A stretch of DNA of 64,000 nucleotides from an uncultured Acidobacteriota bacterium (GTDB lineage Bacteria > Acidobacteriota > UBA6911), in contig CAWEJX010000020.1 of the NCBI GenBank assembly GCA_963809485.1, positions 512,001 to 576,000 on the forward strand. Reading direction: 5' to 3'. Below, one piece after another: positions 31,983 through 42,492 of this stretch (position 1 is the stretch's first letter; each line of letters begins with the position of its first letter). Both the position numbers and the translations under genes were made by a program. Under the pieces are notes generated by a model. It was not told the DNA's origin. It searched no databases and worked only from the letters and a program-made list of their open reading frames with translations.

Positions 31983-33566
31983 GTGATCCAAATGCTTAAA
32001 GCAGTAATTTTGATGCTCCTTCTGGCTGTCTGCGGCTATGCGGACGGATACCTTCGGCAACCCGCCATCGACGTGGTCCACTACGACCTTTCCCTGGAAC
32101 TGACTGACACATCCGATTCCATCGCCGGGACGGCCCGCCTGCTCATCCGCATGCGTGATGCGGGCGTGCCGGGCATGTGGCTCGATTTCGCAGATATGGA
32201 GATCGACCGGGTCCGTGTCCGGGGAGTCGAAACCCGCTTCACATACGGCAACGGCCGCCTGTCCTTCGACTTCGGCCGGCCCTGCTCCAGGGACGAAATT
32301 GTCGTGGTCGAGGTTCAATACCACGGCAAACCTTTCGGCGGAATGTTGTTCGGCAAAAACAGCTATGGCCGCAGGGTCATCTTTGCAAACAACTGGCCCG
32401 ATCAGGCCCACCACTGGTTCCCCTCGGTGGACCACCCTTCGGACAAGGCCACGGCCGAAATCGCCATAACGGCCCCGGAGAAATACAGTGTCGTATCCAA
32501 TGGGCGCCTCGTACAGAAAGAATCCCTGCTCGATGGACGCCGGCTAACCCGATGGAGGGAAGGCAAGGACATTCCCGCCTACTCGATTACCATCGGTGTC
32601 GCCGAATTTTCGATCCTGCACCAGCCGGAAATGAACGGCGTGCCCGTGGACTGGTACGCCTATCCCCAGGACGCGGAGACGGCCGCGCGCAAGTTCGCCC
32701 GGACAGCCCTTGCCCTGTCCTACTTCACCGGCTTGATCGGCCCCTACCCTTACGAAAAGCTGGCCCAGGTTCAAGCCACCATAGGACCGGGCGCGATGGA
32801 GAATGCCAGTGCAATTTTCTATGATGAATCGCTTTTCCGGGGCGTGCCCTTGGCGGAGAATCCCGTGCCCCACGAAATCGCCCATCAGTGGTTCGGCAAT
32901 TCCCTTTCAGTGAACGATTGGGATCAGCTCTGGCTGAGCGAGGGTTTTGCCACATATTTCGAGGCGCTGTTCTATGAGCATCTCAATGGTCCGGAAGCTC
33001 TGAAACAGGCGATGGCAGCCTACTTTCAGGCAATCGGCAAGTACGATCACTCCGCGCCGATTGTGGATCCCGGCCTCAAGGATTTGATGAAGAAACTGAA
33101 CCCCCTGAATTATCAAAAGGGAGCTTGGGTGCTTCATATGCTTCGCGGCATGCTGGGAGACGCCAAGTTTTTTGAAGGAATCCGCCGGTACTACGCGCTG
33201 CACGAGGGAGGCAACGTCTCGACCGAAGACTTCCAGAATGTGATGGAATCTGTGAGCGGGACGAAACTCAGTGCCTTTTTCCGGCAATGGCTGTACCAGG
33301 GGGGGTGGCCTGAGTACCGTGTCGTCTGGCGATGGAATCAGGCCGCGGGCAAGGCTGAGGTCGATGTGAAGCAGACGCAATCGACGGGGCTTTTCGATAT
33401 GCCCCTGAGCCTCGTTTTCTCCGAAGGATCCCGCCGGGAGTTGCGAAGCATCCGTGTTTCGAATCAGGAGCAGACTTTCCGCATTGCGCTGCCTTTCAAG
33501 CCCTCATCCCTGGAAGTTGACCCTGACGGATGGGTGATGAAATCCCTATCCATCGGAAACAGGTAG
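31983..33566 (+). CDS. M1-family aminopeptidase (secreted)
   Basis: GAMEN, HEIAHQWFG...EGFATY, YQKGAWVLHML. Confidence 0.93.
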   Translation: MIQMLKAVILMLLLAVCGYADGYLRQPAIDVVHYDLSLELTDTSDSIAGTARLLIRMRDAGVPGMWLDFADMEIDRVRVRGVETRFTYGNGRLSFDFGRPCSRDEIVVVEVQYHGKPFGGMLFGKNSYGRRVIFANNWPDQAHHWFPSVDHPSDKATAEIAITAPEKYSVVSNGRLVQKESLLDGRRLTRWREGKDIPAYSITIGVAEFSILHQPEMNGVPVDWYAYPQDAETAARKFARTALALSYFTGLIGPYPYEKLAQVQATIGPGAMENASAIFYDESLFRGVPLAENPVPHEIAHQWFGNSLSVNDWDQLWLSEGFATYFEALFYEHLNGPEALKQAMAAYFQAIGKYDHSAPIVDPGLKDLMKKLNPLNYQKGAWVLHMLRGMLGDAKFFEGIRRYYALHEGGNVSTEDFQNVMESVSGTKLSAFFRQWLYQGGWPEYRVVWRWNQAAGKAEVDVKQTQSTGLFDMPLSLVFSEGSRRELRSIRVSNQEQTFRIALPFKPSSLEVDPDGWVMKSLSIGNR

Positions 33567-33818
33567 GCGCTGACCGAAATCCGCAGATATCAGGCCAAAA
33601 TGCGCCGGCCGTTCCGGCAGGATATCAGACCTTCAGACGGCTTTCTTCCTGATTTCAATTCACGAATATAAAAAAGGATCATTCAGAGGGGATTAAAGAA
33701 GGCACACGTATATTTCTCAGTGGAGAAATGCGATGTATCCGATCCTGCCGTGCTGCCTTTTACAGCAAATGCACGGAGGTTCCGGCTGGGCGCCGGAACC
33801 TCCCCATGGGAAATCAGC

Positions 33819-34022
33819 CTAGAGTTTCACAACATCCTGGGCCTGGTACCCCTTCGGCCCTTTTGCCACGTTGAATTCCACGTGATCGCCTTCGTTCAAC
33901 GACTTGAAACCACTGGCCTGGATAGCGGAATGGTGCACGAAAACATCATCCCCGGAATCGCGCCGGATAAATCCGTAGCCTTTTTCATTGTTAAACCACT
34001 TAACTACGCCTTGTTCTTTCAT
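33819..34022 (-). CDS. Cold-shock protein (CspA family)
   Basis: [24 protein letters not shown]. Confidence 0.95.
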   Translation of the reverse strand: MKEQGVVKWFNNEKGYGFIRRDSGDDVFVHHSAIQASGFKSLNEGDHVEFNVAKGPKGYQAQDVVKL

Positions 34023-34390
34023 TTTTCCTCTTCTTTGTTAATTACATCAAATCCTGCGCGAAGCGCAGAGACTCTAATCCTGTCTGTTTTCGTTCCATTC
34101 GAGACCCACGGGGGATCGAAACCAAATGGTGGAGATGTTTCCACATCCAGACTCTACGGACCCTTTTCTTTTCAGGTATATACCTTGATTGAGGTCGCCC
34201 ACGAATATACACGTAACTTCTTCAAAAAGCAATATCTACAAAAATTTTCCGGGGACAGTCGAGGCAGCCGCCCGTTCGCGAAAGAGAATCGCTTCACGCC
34301 TGGCGTCAGCATTTCATTTTTGTCGGCATTGCGAACTCCGGAACCGAATGACGGCATTGTTTTCCCGGCCAATTTGGATTTGCCGGTGAA

Positions 34391-34759
34391 TCAGGCTTCG
34401 AAAGCATCCGGAGGCGATATCATATCGGGCGGTTCTTCCAGACCTCGGGGCAGGCACTGGGAACACGGGCAAAGCTTGCGCAGATAATCGAAAGTATAGA
34501 TGCCGGATTTGTGGCCGTCGCTCCAGCCAAATTGCAGAGCATAATTGCCCACGGGTTCGACACTGACACGTTCCAGACTGGAAGGGATGCTCCCATGGGC
34601 CACTTTCCGCTCCCCGGTAAATTCCTCAACGCAATCGGCGCACTGGCAATTTTCCCGCAAATACCATGAGGGGTAAGAGCTGACATGACCGTCATTCCAG
34701 ATAATGTCGGTCTGCTTCGGACTGACGCGCTTAACGCGTGAGGGCATAAGATATGGCAA
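34391..34759 (-). CDS. DUF971 / GBBH-like N-terminal domain protein
   Basis: WNDGH...LRENCQCADC...VGNYAL..WSDGHKSGIY; AGGAGG before TTG 34759. Confidence 0.85.
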   Translation of the reverse strand: MPYLMPSRVKRVSPKQTDIIWNDGHVSSYPSWYLRENCQCADCVEEFTGERKVAHGSIPSSLERVSVEPVGNYALQFGWSDGHKSGIYTFDYLRKLCPCSQCLPRGLEEPPDMISPPDAFEA

Positions 34760-34814
34760 ATGAACCTCCTTTTCCCGCTTTCTTAACAACGCGGCGAATC
34801 TCTTAAACCAGACT

Positions 34815-36641
34815 CTACCGGCGGAGGGTTTCTCCAACGCGATCGAGCGCCCGGTTCATCTTGTCGAGGAAAACATCCTTCGGCTCGAAACCGTTCCCGC
34901 GCAGATCCGGCATTTCCTGCCCATTGGGATCCAAAAACACAAGCGTCGGCACACCCCGGACCTGGTATTTGCTTCTCAGAGCCTCCGTCCGCGGATCTTC
35001 CTCGGAAGTGAGATCTACCTTAAGCATCACAAATTGCCTCGACCGTTCCACAACCTCGGGCGCTGCGAATGTGTGTTTATCGAGTTCCTTACACGGAGCG
35101 CACCAGTCTGCGTAAAAATCGATGAAAACGGGCTTCCCTTCACTGGAAGCGCGGCGCAGCTGTTCTTCCGAGTAGGGCAACCATTCTATAGCGCTGCCGA
35201 GGTTCTTTCCGCCGGGCTGAATGGCCGGTCTCTCCATTTGCTGAATGCCGGTCACCGCGGCGTAAAGAGCAATGGCAAAGAAAACGATGCCGACCACATT
35301 CCGCAGGATCTGGAATGCCTTGCCTGCGGCCTCGACGGGATCGATCCACGCCAGATAGATGCCGGCCAGAAGCATGATCAGGGCAAGGGTCAGCTGGTAG
35401 GCCAGTAAGCTGGGGAAAAGAGTTTTGAGAAAAAACGCGGCCATGGCCAGCAGTATGAATCCGAAGATTTTACGCACCCAAACCATCCAGGCACCCGAGC
35501 GCGGCAGCCGGCGGATGCTCCCTGAAAATGCCCCGAGGATGAGAAAGGGGAGTCCAAGTCCGAGCGCCAGAACAAAAAAGAGCGAGAAGCCCAGGACTGC
35601 GTTCCCTTTGTTGCCCACATAAGTCAGGAGCCCCAGGACGAATGGCCCTATGCACGGCGCGGCGACGATTCCCACCGTCAGGCCCATGAGAAAGGTGCCG
35701 CCGAGGCCCTTCTGAGAGCCGCCGGCCAGGCGGTTCAGGAACGCAGGCAGCCGCAATTCATAAAGGTCGAACATGCTCAATGCCAGCAGCACCATCACGA
35801 GGGCTATGGCAATTAGCACCGGCGGATGCTGGAACGCGGCGCCAAAAAGCCCTCCGGTCATTGCGGCAACCACTCCCAGGGCTGAGTATGTCCCCGCCAT
35901 GCCGATGACATAGAGCAGCGCATGCAAAAAGATGCTTCCCTTTTTCCCCTGCGCCTGCCCTCCGAAATAGCTGATCGTGATCGGGATCATCGGGTAAACG
36001 CACGGCGTCAGGTTCAGCGCCAGGCCACCGAGGAACACCAGCAAAAAGGTTGCCAAAATTCCCCGGTCATCAAAATTCACGGGCGCCGATGCTGCAGCGC
36101 CTCCTTCTGTTCTCTGCGGAACAGAGAGCGGTGCGCTGCCCGCTCCGGTGGCTGCCCCGCCGGCGGGCAAATCAAGGCTGAAACTCAGATAGGCCGGTGG
36201 AAGGCAAGCAAAATTGTCACAAGCCTGGTAGCGGACTCTGCCTTTGATGGAGACCGTCTCTGCCGCCAGATCCGCAGCCGGAACAATTTCCACCGATATC
36301 CGGACAATACCTTCGTAAACGGACATGGGCGTTTCGGAAAACGGCAGTTTTATTTCGGGCGCGTCAGGAAAAACGGGCTTGCCGAATGTGACGCGAGGAT
36401 TGGGCCCAAATTCCAGGGTCGTTGGAATGAGAAAATCCTCCAAGGGCCGATCGGAATTAATGTGATAGGGGCTGGCTATGGTGAGCTCAACCGTCAGGGT
36501 TGCCGGCTTTCCCGGCGCCAGAGGTTCGGCGGGTGCGATGGCCCGGACAGATACAGCCGGAACTGTCTTCGCGGCAGAATTACCCACACCCAGAACCAAT
36601 ACAAACAGAATGGCGGCAAGTATTTGTTTCATGGCTGGCAA
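34815..36641 (-). CDS. dsbD: Thiol:disulfide interchange protein DsbD
   Basis: YQACDNFAC, LTPCVYPM, APCIGP, WCAPC. Confidence 0.92.
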   Translation of the reverse strand: MPAMKQILAAILFVLVLGVGNSAAKTVPAVSVRAIAPAEPLAPGKPATLTVELTIASPYHINSDRPLEDFLIPTTLEFGPNPRVTFGKPVFPDAPEIKLPFSETPMSVYEGIVRISVEIVPAADLAAETVSIKGRVRYQACDNFACLPPAYLSFSLDLPAGGAATGAGSAPLSVPQRTEGGAAASAPVNFDDRGILATFLLVFLGGLALNLTPCVYPMIPITISYFGGQAQGKKGSIFLHALLYVIGMAGTYSALGVVAAMTGGLFGAAFQHPPVLIAIALVMVLLALSMFDLYELRLPAFLNRLAGGSQKGLGGTFLMGLTVGIVAAPCIGPFVLGLLTYVGNKGNAVLGFSLFFVLALGLGLPFLILGAFSGSIRRLPRSGAWMVWVRKIFGFILLAMAAFFLKTLFPSLLAYQLTLALIMLLAGIYLAWIDPVEAAGKAFQILRNVVGIVFFAIALYAAVTGIQQMERPAIQPGGKNLGSAIEWLPYSEEQLRRASSEGKPVFIDFYADWCAPCKELDKHTFAAPEVVERSRQFVMLKVDLTSEEDPRTEALRSKYQVRGVPTLVFLDPNGQEMPDLRGNGFEPKDVFLDKMNRALDRVGETLRR

Positions 36642-36908
36642 TTATAGCGAAAATAATCTTCCCGTTGGGTGATTTCATCCGCAGAGCCAACAACCTCCGA
36701 TTTTGGAGGCTTGACTGCATAAAGCCTAAAGCATTTGGATAGGCTCCGCGGGCAAGGGTTGTGCTGACCTTTGTCTTTGGCATCGGTGTTTGTCAGCGTT
36801 TTATCAGCGTCGGTCAGCGTTCAATAATCCCGGAACTGTCTGGCTCTGTTAGTACCCCAGCAAAGATGTGGGATTATGGATATATTTAATAGAGACGGCC
36901 TTCCCGGA

Positions 36909-38042
36909 TCAGGTAAGCACAAAGACGATGATCATGAAAATTACGATGATGGCCTGACCCAGCCTGACTCTGTCGGGATATTTCTTTTTCAGATCGTGCC
37001 AGCGCCTGGCGAGGTAAAGCATAAAAATAATGATGAGCAGGCTCATGAGAAAGCAGCCTGCGTATCCGGATTGAAGCCCGAGGACCGCCCCCAGCAGTGT
37101 CCCCCTCAGGAGAGCGAAGATGATCCAGAGATGGACACCGTAAACCAGGAGGGATTCCTGGCCTGCCAGCTGAACCGGCTTGGGGACATTTTTCCCGCGG
37201 GTTTCCAGAACGTAAAGCAGTGCACAGACAAGCAGAACGCATCCCAGCCTTATGATGAGGTAAAGCGGGCTTGTGGTGTAGAAGTCCGACTTGCCGGGGA
37301 GCGTGTATTCGGAATTGCGCAGCAATAGGCCCGCCAGAATCATTCCGCTCCCCAGGCAGGCGATGCTCCACATGTAAAGCCGGGTTTTGCGCGCTTCCAC
37401 CGACCGCAGAAAAAAACAGGCGGCACAACTCCCGGCAAGCAGGAAGCACGTCCACGGGAAAACGGGAAAAAGCGAAATCCCGTGAGGATTCAGATATAAA
37501 GCGAGCGAAAGCGGAAGTGAACTTCTGAAATCCTGAGCCCACATCCACGGAGTCACAAGGGCCATCGCGATCGCCAGAAGCCCTGTCCCCCAGGGAAGCA
37601 ATCCCTTGCGGCGCAGGATGAATATGAGCAACAGTACAAGGAGCAGCGAGAACACGATGCACTGCAGGATATCAACCCGAAGCGCCCTGGCCCAGAAGGT
37701 ATAGTCGTTCCAGTTCTTCAAATACCTGCGCAGGCCGAAACCCTGCAGGTGCGTGTAATATGCCACGAGCAAAATAAAGCCGATGCGGCGCATCTGTCTC
37801 CAAAACGGCGCGCGAAAGTGCAGCCAGTTATCCCATTGATGGTTACTCTGCAGGACCAGGGAAAATCCGGACGCGAACAAGAAGGCGGGGGCAACCAGTC
37901 CGTTTGTGAAAGCAAGATAGAAAAAGAATGTGGAGCCTTTCCTCAAAGCCAGCGGCAGATACGCATTGACCACGTGGGTCTCGATCATCAACACCAGCGC
38001 AAAGCCCCTCAGCAGGTCTATGAATCCATACCGCTGCGCCAT
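36909..38042 (-). CDS. DUF1624 / HGSNAT-like membrane acyltransferase
   Basis: IDLLRGFALVLMIETH, DILQCI, FPVFPW, GQESLLVYGVH. Confidence 0.8.
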   Translation of the reverse strand: MAQRYGFIDLLRGFALVLMIETHVVNAYLPLALRKGSTFFFYLAFTNGLVAPAFLFASGFSLVLQSNHQWDNWLHFRAPFWRQMRRIGFILLVAYYTHLQGFGLRRYLKNWNDYTFWARALRVDILQCIVFSLLLVLLLIFILRRKGLLPWGTGLLAIAMALVTPWMWAQDFRSSLPLSLALYLNPHGISLFPVFPWTCFLLAGSCAACFFLRSVEARKTRLYMWSIACLGSGMILAGLLLRNSEYTLPGKSDFYTTSPLYLIIRLGCVLLVCALLYVLETRGKNVPKPVQLAGQESLLVYGVHLWIIFALLRGTLLGAVLGLQSGYAGCFLMSLLIIIFMLYLARRWHDLKKKYPDRVRLGQAIIVIFMIIVFVLT

Positions 38043-38173
38043 TCGATGCTCCCGATAATCCGGCCTGGAAACAGGAAGCCACAAATTAACACGAATTCCC
38101 CTGATCCGGATTCGGAATCCGTAAAATTCGTGGAATTCGCTGCCGCATTTGGCTATTTTTTATTGGAAAACAA

Positions 38174-39250
38174 ATGAGCAAACTGCCGATTCGCGAAAAT
38201 GTTCCACTTGCGCCATACACAACCCTGGGAATCGGGGGTCCCGCTCGTTTTCTGGTTGAGGCGGACAGTGAAGAAAAGATAGAGCAGGCTCTGGATTTTT
38301 GCCTCTCCCGCAGTTGTCCGCTGTTTGTCCTGGGAGGAGGAAGCAACATTGTGGTCGCCGACTCCGGCTTCCCGGGATTGGCGCTGAAAATCAGCCTCCG
38401 GGGCATTCAGCCGGTCGATGACGAAGACCGCGGAAGAATCGAGGCCGGTGCGGGAGAAAGCTGGGACGCTTTTGTGCAGCACTGCGTGAGTCGGGAACTT
38501 GCAGGTCTGGAATGCCTCAGCGGCATCCCGGGAACTGTCGGCGGGGCTCCCATACAGAATATCGGCGCATACGGCGAGGAAGCCGGCGAAGTGATCCTCT
38601 CGATACGGGTTTTCGACCGGGAAGCCCTTCGGGTCACCGAGCTGAGCAATGCCGCGTGCCGGTTCAGTTACCGGTCCAGCATTTTCAACACAACCCACGA
38701 AAACCGCTACATCATCCTGAAAGCCGCTTTTGCCCTGCGCCCATACGGCTATGCCCGGATCCACTACAAGGATCTGCAGCAATGCTTTTGGGGACGCACG
38801 CATAATCCATCCCTGGGCGAGGTGCGCGAGGCGGTTCTGCGGATCCGCAAAGCAAAGGCCATGGTCGTAAGCAAGGACGATCCCGATTCGAAAAGCGTCG
38901 GATCCTTCTTTAAAAATCCCGTCCTGAGCCCCGAGGAAGCCATTAAGCTTGAAGATTTGGCACGCGCCGCCGTTAGCCTGGCCGATTCGGAGGGCATCCC
39001 GCGCTTCCCCGCACCCGAAGGCAAGGTAAAGCTTCCGGCAGCCTGGTTTGTCGAGCACGCCGGATTCCACAAAGGGTACCAATACGGAAATGCGGGCATT
39101 TCCAGCAAGCATGCGCTGGCGATCGTTAACCGCGGCGGGGCGACCGCCCAGGACATCGTCGACATGATGCACAGGATCCAGAGCCGCGTCCGGGAACTGT
39201 TCGGCATAGAACTCAAGCCGGAGCCCGTTCTTATAGGATTCAGCAAATAG
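38174..39250 (+). CDS. murB: UDP-N-acetylmuramate dehydrogenase
   Basis: GGGSN, GIPGTVGGAPIQNIGAYG, GSFFKNP, KHALAIVN. Confidence 0.95.
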   Translation: MSKLPIRENVPLAPYTTLGIGGPARFLVEADSEEKIEQALDFCLSRSCPLFVLGGGSNIVVADSGFPGLALKISLRGIQPVDDEDRGRIEAGAGESWDAFVQHCVSRELAGLECLSGIPGTVGGAPIQNIGAYGEEAGEVILSIRVFDREALRVTELSNAACRFSYRSSIFNTTHENRYIILKAAFALRPYGYARIHYKDLQQCFWGRTHNPSLGEVREAVLRIRKAKAMVVSKDDPDSKSVGSFFKNPVLSPEEAIKLEDLARAAVSLADSEGIPRFPAPEGKVKLPAAWFVEHAGFHKGYQYGNAGISSKHALAIVNRGGATAQDIVDMMHRIQSRVRELFGIELKPEPVLIGFSK

Positions 39251-39308
39251 CGAATCCCGCGATTGAATGGGGAGCTTATTCGGTTTAACATTTCCAGCAT
39301 AATAGGGG

Positions 39309-39710
39309 AGTCAGGTACCTCCGGCAAAGCCGGAGGCTTGAAAGATTTGAACCGCTCAAAGCGGTTAGAGGAGTTACGCCGGTCTTGAACGCTGAATTAC
39401 GCGGGCAAAAGCCGATGAGGCGCTTCCGATCCCCGCAGGGGCCAGCGCTCCGCGCTGGACAGTTTTCTGCGGCGGCACTGTGGCAAGCGCCGTGCGGCAA
39501 GGGGATGAAGGGTATGAGAAACCGGGCGTTTGCCACAGTGCCGCCGCAGAAAACTTCATCGGAAGCGCCTCATCGGCTTTTGCTCGCCGACCCTCGCCGA
39601 ACAAATCCGCGTTTGTCAGCGCTTTTATCAGCGTTTCTCAGCGTTTCAAAATACGGAGCTGTCAAACTCTTTGAGTCCCCCGGCAGAGCCGGGGGTTTGC
39701 CAATGTAATT
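39309..39710. mobile_element. Non-coding IS200/IS605-like miniature element, copy 1 (long internal inverted repeat)
   Basis: End hairpins CCTCCGGCAAAGCCGGAGG, CCGCTCAAAGCGG and CCCCCGGCAGAGCCGGGGG; close match to 62699-62925. Confidence 0.75.
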
Positions 39711-39742
39711 GTGGTGATTGCCCCTTTTTCCAGGAGGATGCA

Positions 39743-40345
39743 ATGAGCAAAGGTCTGCTTGGCTGTCTCGGAATCATCGTGATCGCAGCGATCGTTCTCG
39801 GCTTCATGGCCTACGGAACCTACAATGACCTTGTCGCCCAGCAGCAATCGGTCGACTCGCAGTGGGCCCAGGTTGAAAACGTTTACCAGCGGCGCGCGGA
39901 TTTGATCCCCAATCTTGTGGCGACCGTCAAGGGCTATGCGGCTCACGAGAGCCAGGTGTTTGAAGCGGTGACGGCCTCACGGGCCCAGGTAGGGACGATT
40001 AAGGTAACGCCCGAAATGCTCAACAACCCTGCGGAACTGCAGAAATTCGAGCAGGTGCAGTCCGGGCTGACCAGCGCGCTCTCACGCCTGATTGCCGTCG
40101 CGGAAAATTACCCGGATTTGAAGGCAAACCAGAATTTCCTCGATCTTCAAAGCCAGCTTGAAGGCACGGAAAACCGAATCACCGTGGAACGTAAACGATT
40201 CAACGAGGTGGCCCAGACCTACAACACCAGGGTTATGCAATTCCCGGCCAACATTTTCGCCCGGTTCTTCGGATTCCAAAAGAAGTCATACTTCCAGGCT
40301 GCGCCCGGAAGCGACCGGCCGCCAACGGTAGATTTCACCAAGTAG
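39743..40345 (+). CDS. lemA: LemA family protein
   Basis: YQRRADLIPNLVATVKGY, ENYPDLKAN, EGTENRI; RBS AGGAGG. Confidence 0.95.
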   Translation: MSKGLLGCLGIIVIAAIVLGFMAYGTYNDLVAQQQSVDSQWAQVENVYQRRADLIPNLVATVKGYAAHESQVFEAVTASRAQVGTIKVTPEMLNNPAELQKFEQVQSGLTSALSRLIAVAENYPDLKANQNFLDLQSQLEGTENRITVERKRFNEVAQTYNTRVMQFPANIFARFFGFQKKSYFQAAPGSDRPPTVDFTK

Positions 40346-40352
40346 GCTCACG

Positions 40353-41240
40353 ATGCTTCGATTTGCGATTGCTGCGGTATGGCTTTTTCTCCAGGTTGCC
40401 GGAGCGCAGGCGCTTGACGTCCCTAAACTCCGGGACCGGGTAACGGATCTGGCGGGAGTATTGACGCCCGATCAGATATCCAGCCTGGACACAAAGCTAA
40501 AGGAACTCGAGACAACCGATTCCACTCAGGTTGCCGTTTTGATCATCCCCAGTCTCGAAGGAGAGCCGCTGGAAGACTACTCGATGCGGGTCGCCGGCGA
40601 ATGGAAAATCGGGCAGAAAGGACGGGACAACGGCGCGATTCTCTTGATCGCCATGAAAGAGCGCCGGATCCGCATCGAGGTGGGATACGGGCTGGAACCG
40701 ACCCTGACCGACGCGCGCAGCTCGCAGATCTGGCGGAATGAAATCGTGCCGCGATTCCGCACAGGAGACTTTTATGGCGGGATCGATGCCGGAGTGACCG
40801 CGATCATCCAAACTGTGCGCGGCGTCTATCAACCGCCCCCGCAGCAATCTCGCCGTCCCTCCGGGGGCTTTTCAAACTTTCCCATCATCCTGCTGATACC
40901 GCTCTTCTGGATCCTGAGTTCCGCCGGGAAGTGGGGCGGCGCCTTGGTCGGTACGGCCGCAGGGGTGCTCCTTCCCTATACCCTGATCAGCCACAACTGG
41001 ATGCTTCTGCTTTTCGGCGGCGTGGCCGGCGGCTTCCTGGGTCTCCTTATGGGCTCGCTGATCCAGGCCGCAGCCAGGTCCGGGCGCGGCGGCAGAGGGG
41101 GATCCGGGCCTTTCGGCCCGGGAGGTTTCGGAGGACCCATTACCTGGGGCGGAGGACACGGGGGAGGCTTTGGAGGCGGAGGCGGCTTTTCGGGAGGAGG
41201 CGGTGGCTTCGGAGGAGGCGGCAGCTCGGGCAGCTGGTAG
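40353..41240 (+). CDS. TPM-domain protein (YgcG-like), Gly-rich tail
   Basis: RVTDLAGVL, RIEVGYGLE, GGGGSSGSW. Confidence 0.92.
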   Translation: MLRFAIAAVWLFLQVAGAQALDVPKLRDRVTDLAGVLTPDQISSLDTKLKELETTDSTQVAVLIIPSLEGEPLEDYSMRVAGEWKIGQKGRDNGAILLIAMKERRIRIEVGYGLEPTLTDARSSQIWRNEIVPRFRTGDFYGGIDAGVTAIIQTVRGVYQPPPQQSRRPSGGFSNFPIILLIPLFWILSSAGKWGGALVGTAAGVLLPYTLISHNWMLLLFGGVAGGFLGLLMGSLIQAAARSGRGGRGGSGPFGPGGFGGPITWGGGHGGGFGGGGGFSGGGGGFGGGGSSGSW

Positions 41241-41299
41241 CGCTTCAAGCCCGAAGCAAAGCCGATCGAGATCAACCCCATCCGGCGAATGAGTAAACC

Positions 41300-41938
41300 A
41301 TGAGACCACTAAGCGACGAAGATAACAGGCGGATTGAGGAAGCCGTCAGGAAGGCGGAGGCTAAAACTTCGGGGGAGATTGTCGTTACGGTCGCCGATGC
41401 CTCGGGCAATTACGGTTCGGCCACTCTCCAGGGTGCGCTGATTGGTATGGCAATTGTAACAGCCGTCTTTCTGATGCTTCCCCTCCCGCACACGATGACC
41501 ACCCTCCTGTGGACGGAATTCATTTCCTTTGCCGTTTTTTATACGATCCTTCCCTATTTGCCCTGGCGGCGCTGGCTTATCTCAAAGCGCAAACTTGACG
41601 CCCGTGTCCGCGAAGCCGCTCTTATGCAGTTTTACTCCAGCGGGCTTTACCGAACCCGCGAATCCAACGGCGTGGAAATATACCTTTCGCAATTTGAGAG
41701 AGAAGTCGTGGTTATCGGCGACCGCGGAATCCATGAAAAAATGGGAGTTCAGCACTGGCATCAGGTACGGGACCTCATAATCAGCGGAATAAAGCAAGGA
41801 AACCTGTGCGGCGGCATCTGCGCGGCCGTTGAAAGCTGCGGGGAAGCGCTCGCAAAGCATTTCCCGCACAGGGCGGATGATGTCAATGAGCTGCCCGACA
41901 ACGTGATCCCGCGGCCCGTGAAGCCGGAAGCGTTGTAG
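41300..41938 (+). CDS. TPM-domain membrane protein
   Basis: AEAKTSGEIV, GDRGI, NELPD; lemA operon context. Confidence 0.88.
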   Translation: MRPLSDEDNRRIEEAVRKAEAKTSGEIVVTVADASGNYGSATLQGALIGMAIVTAVFLMLPLPHTMTTLLWTEFISFAVFYTILPYLPWRRWLISKRKLDARVREAALMQFYSSGLYRTRESNGVEIYLSQFEREVVVIGDRGIHEKMGVQHWHQVRDLIISGIKQGNLCGGICAAVESCGEALAKHFPHRADDVNELPDNVIPRPVKPEAL

Positions 41939-41944
41939 CAGTGT

Positions 41945-41997
41945 TTAGGGATTAGGGATTAGGGATTAGGGATTAGGGATTAGGGATTAGGGATTAG
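41945..41997 (+). repeat. (TTAGGGA)7 perfect tandem repeat
   Basis: Seven full units plus TTAG. Confidence 0.97.
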
Positions 41998-42053
41998 ATG
42001 GCTAAGCCCAATCCGCGGCATAGAGATGCGATTCGGGATGAAGCGGGGACGAT

Positions 42054-42284
42054 TCAGTTCTTGCAGCCGGCGCAGCTCGATGCATGGCATGAGGAGCAAC
42101 CGGAAGACATTGTATGCGTACTTCCGTCGCTGGAACGGGAGACACCGTTGAAGCTGGAAAACAATCTTTCGATTTCGCTGGACTGGCAGTCAGGGCAGCT
42201 TATCCCGTTTTCGGAAGATGCTCCAAACACGAGCTTTTCAAATTCAGAGTCGCATTTTAAGCACTTAAACTCAAATATAGGCAT
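42054..42284 (-). CDS. FmdB-family zinc-ribbon protein
   Basis: MPIFEFKCLKC...CPDCQS; Cys-rich tail. Confidence 0.9.
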   Translation of the reverse strand: MPIFEFKCLKCDSEFEKLVFGASSENGISCPDCQSSEIERLFSSFNGVSRSSDGSTHTMSSGCSSCHASSCAGCKN

Positions 42285-42431
42285 ATCACCCTCATCACCG
42301 TTTCATCTCACACCTTATCGTAGCCAATCTGGTCCAAGACTTCAAGCCGCCTGAAATTTCAATCGCCTATAACTAACTTGAACCAGATATTATCGAGACT
42401 TTTTCCGGCGATTGCCGCGCTGCTTTGCAGG

Positions 42432-42490
42432 ATCTAATCCCTAATTCCTAATCACTAATCACTTCTCGTTAACCGCTAACCACTAACCGC
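42432..42490 (-). repeat. Degenerate inverted heptamer array (CTAATCC/CTAACCR)
   Basis: ATCTAATCCCTAATTCCTAATCACTAATCAC...TAACCGCTAACCACTAACCGC. Confidence 0.8.
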
Positions 42491-42492
42491 TG

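Noticed and set aside
39530-39742. N-terminal extension of LemA in the ORF track
   Set aside because: It translates the miniature element; the RBS supports ATG 39743
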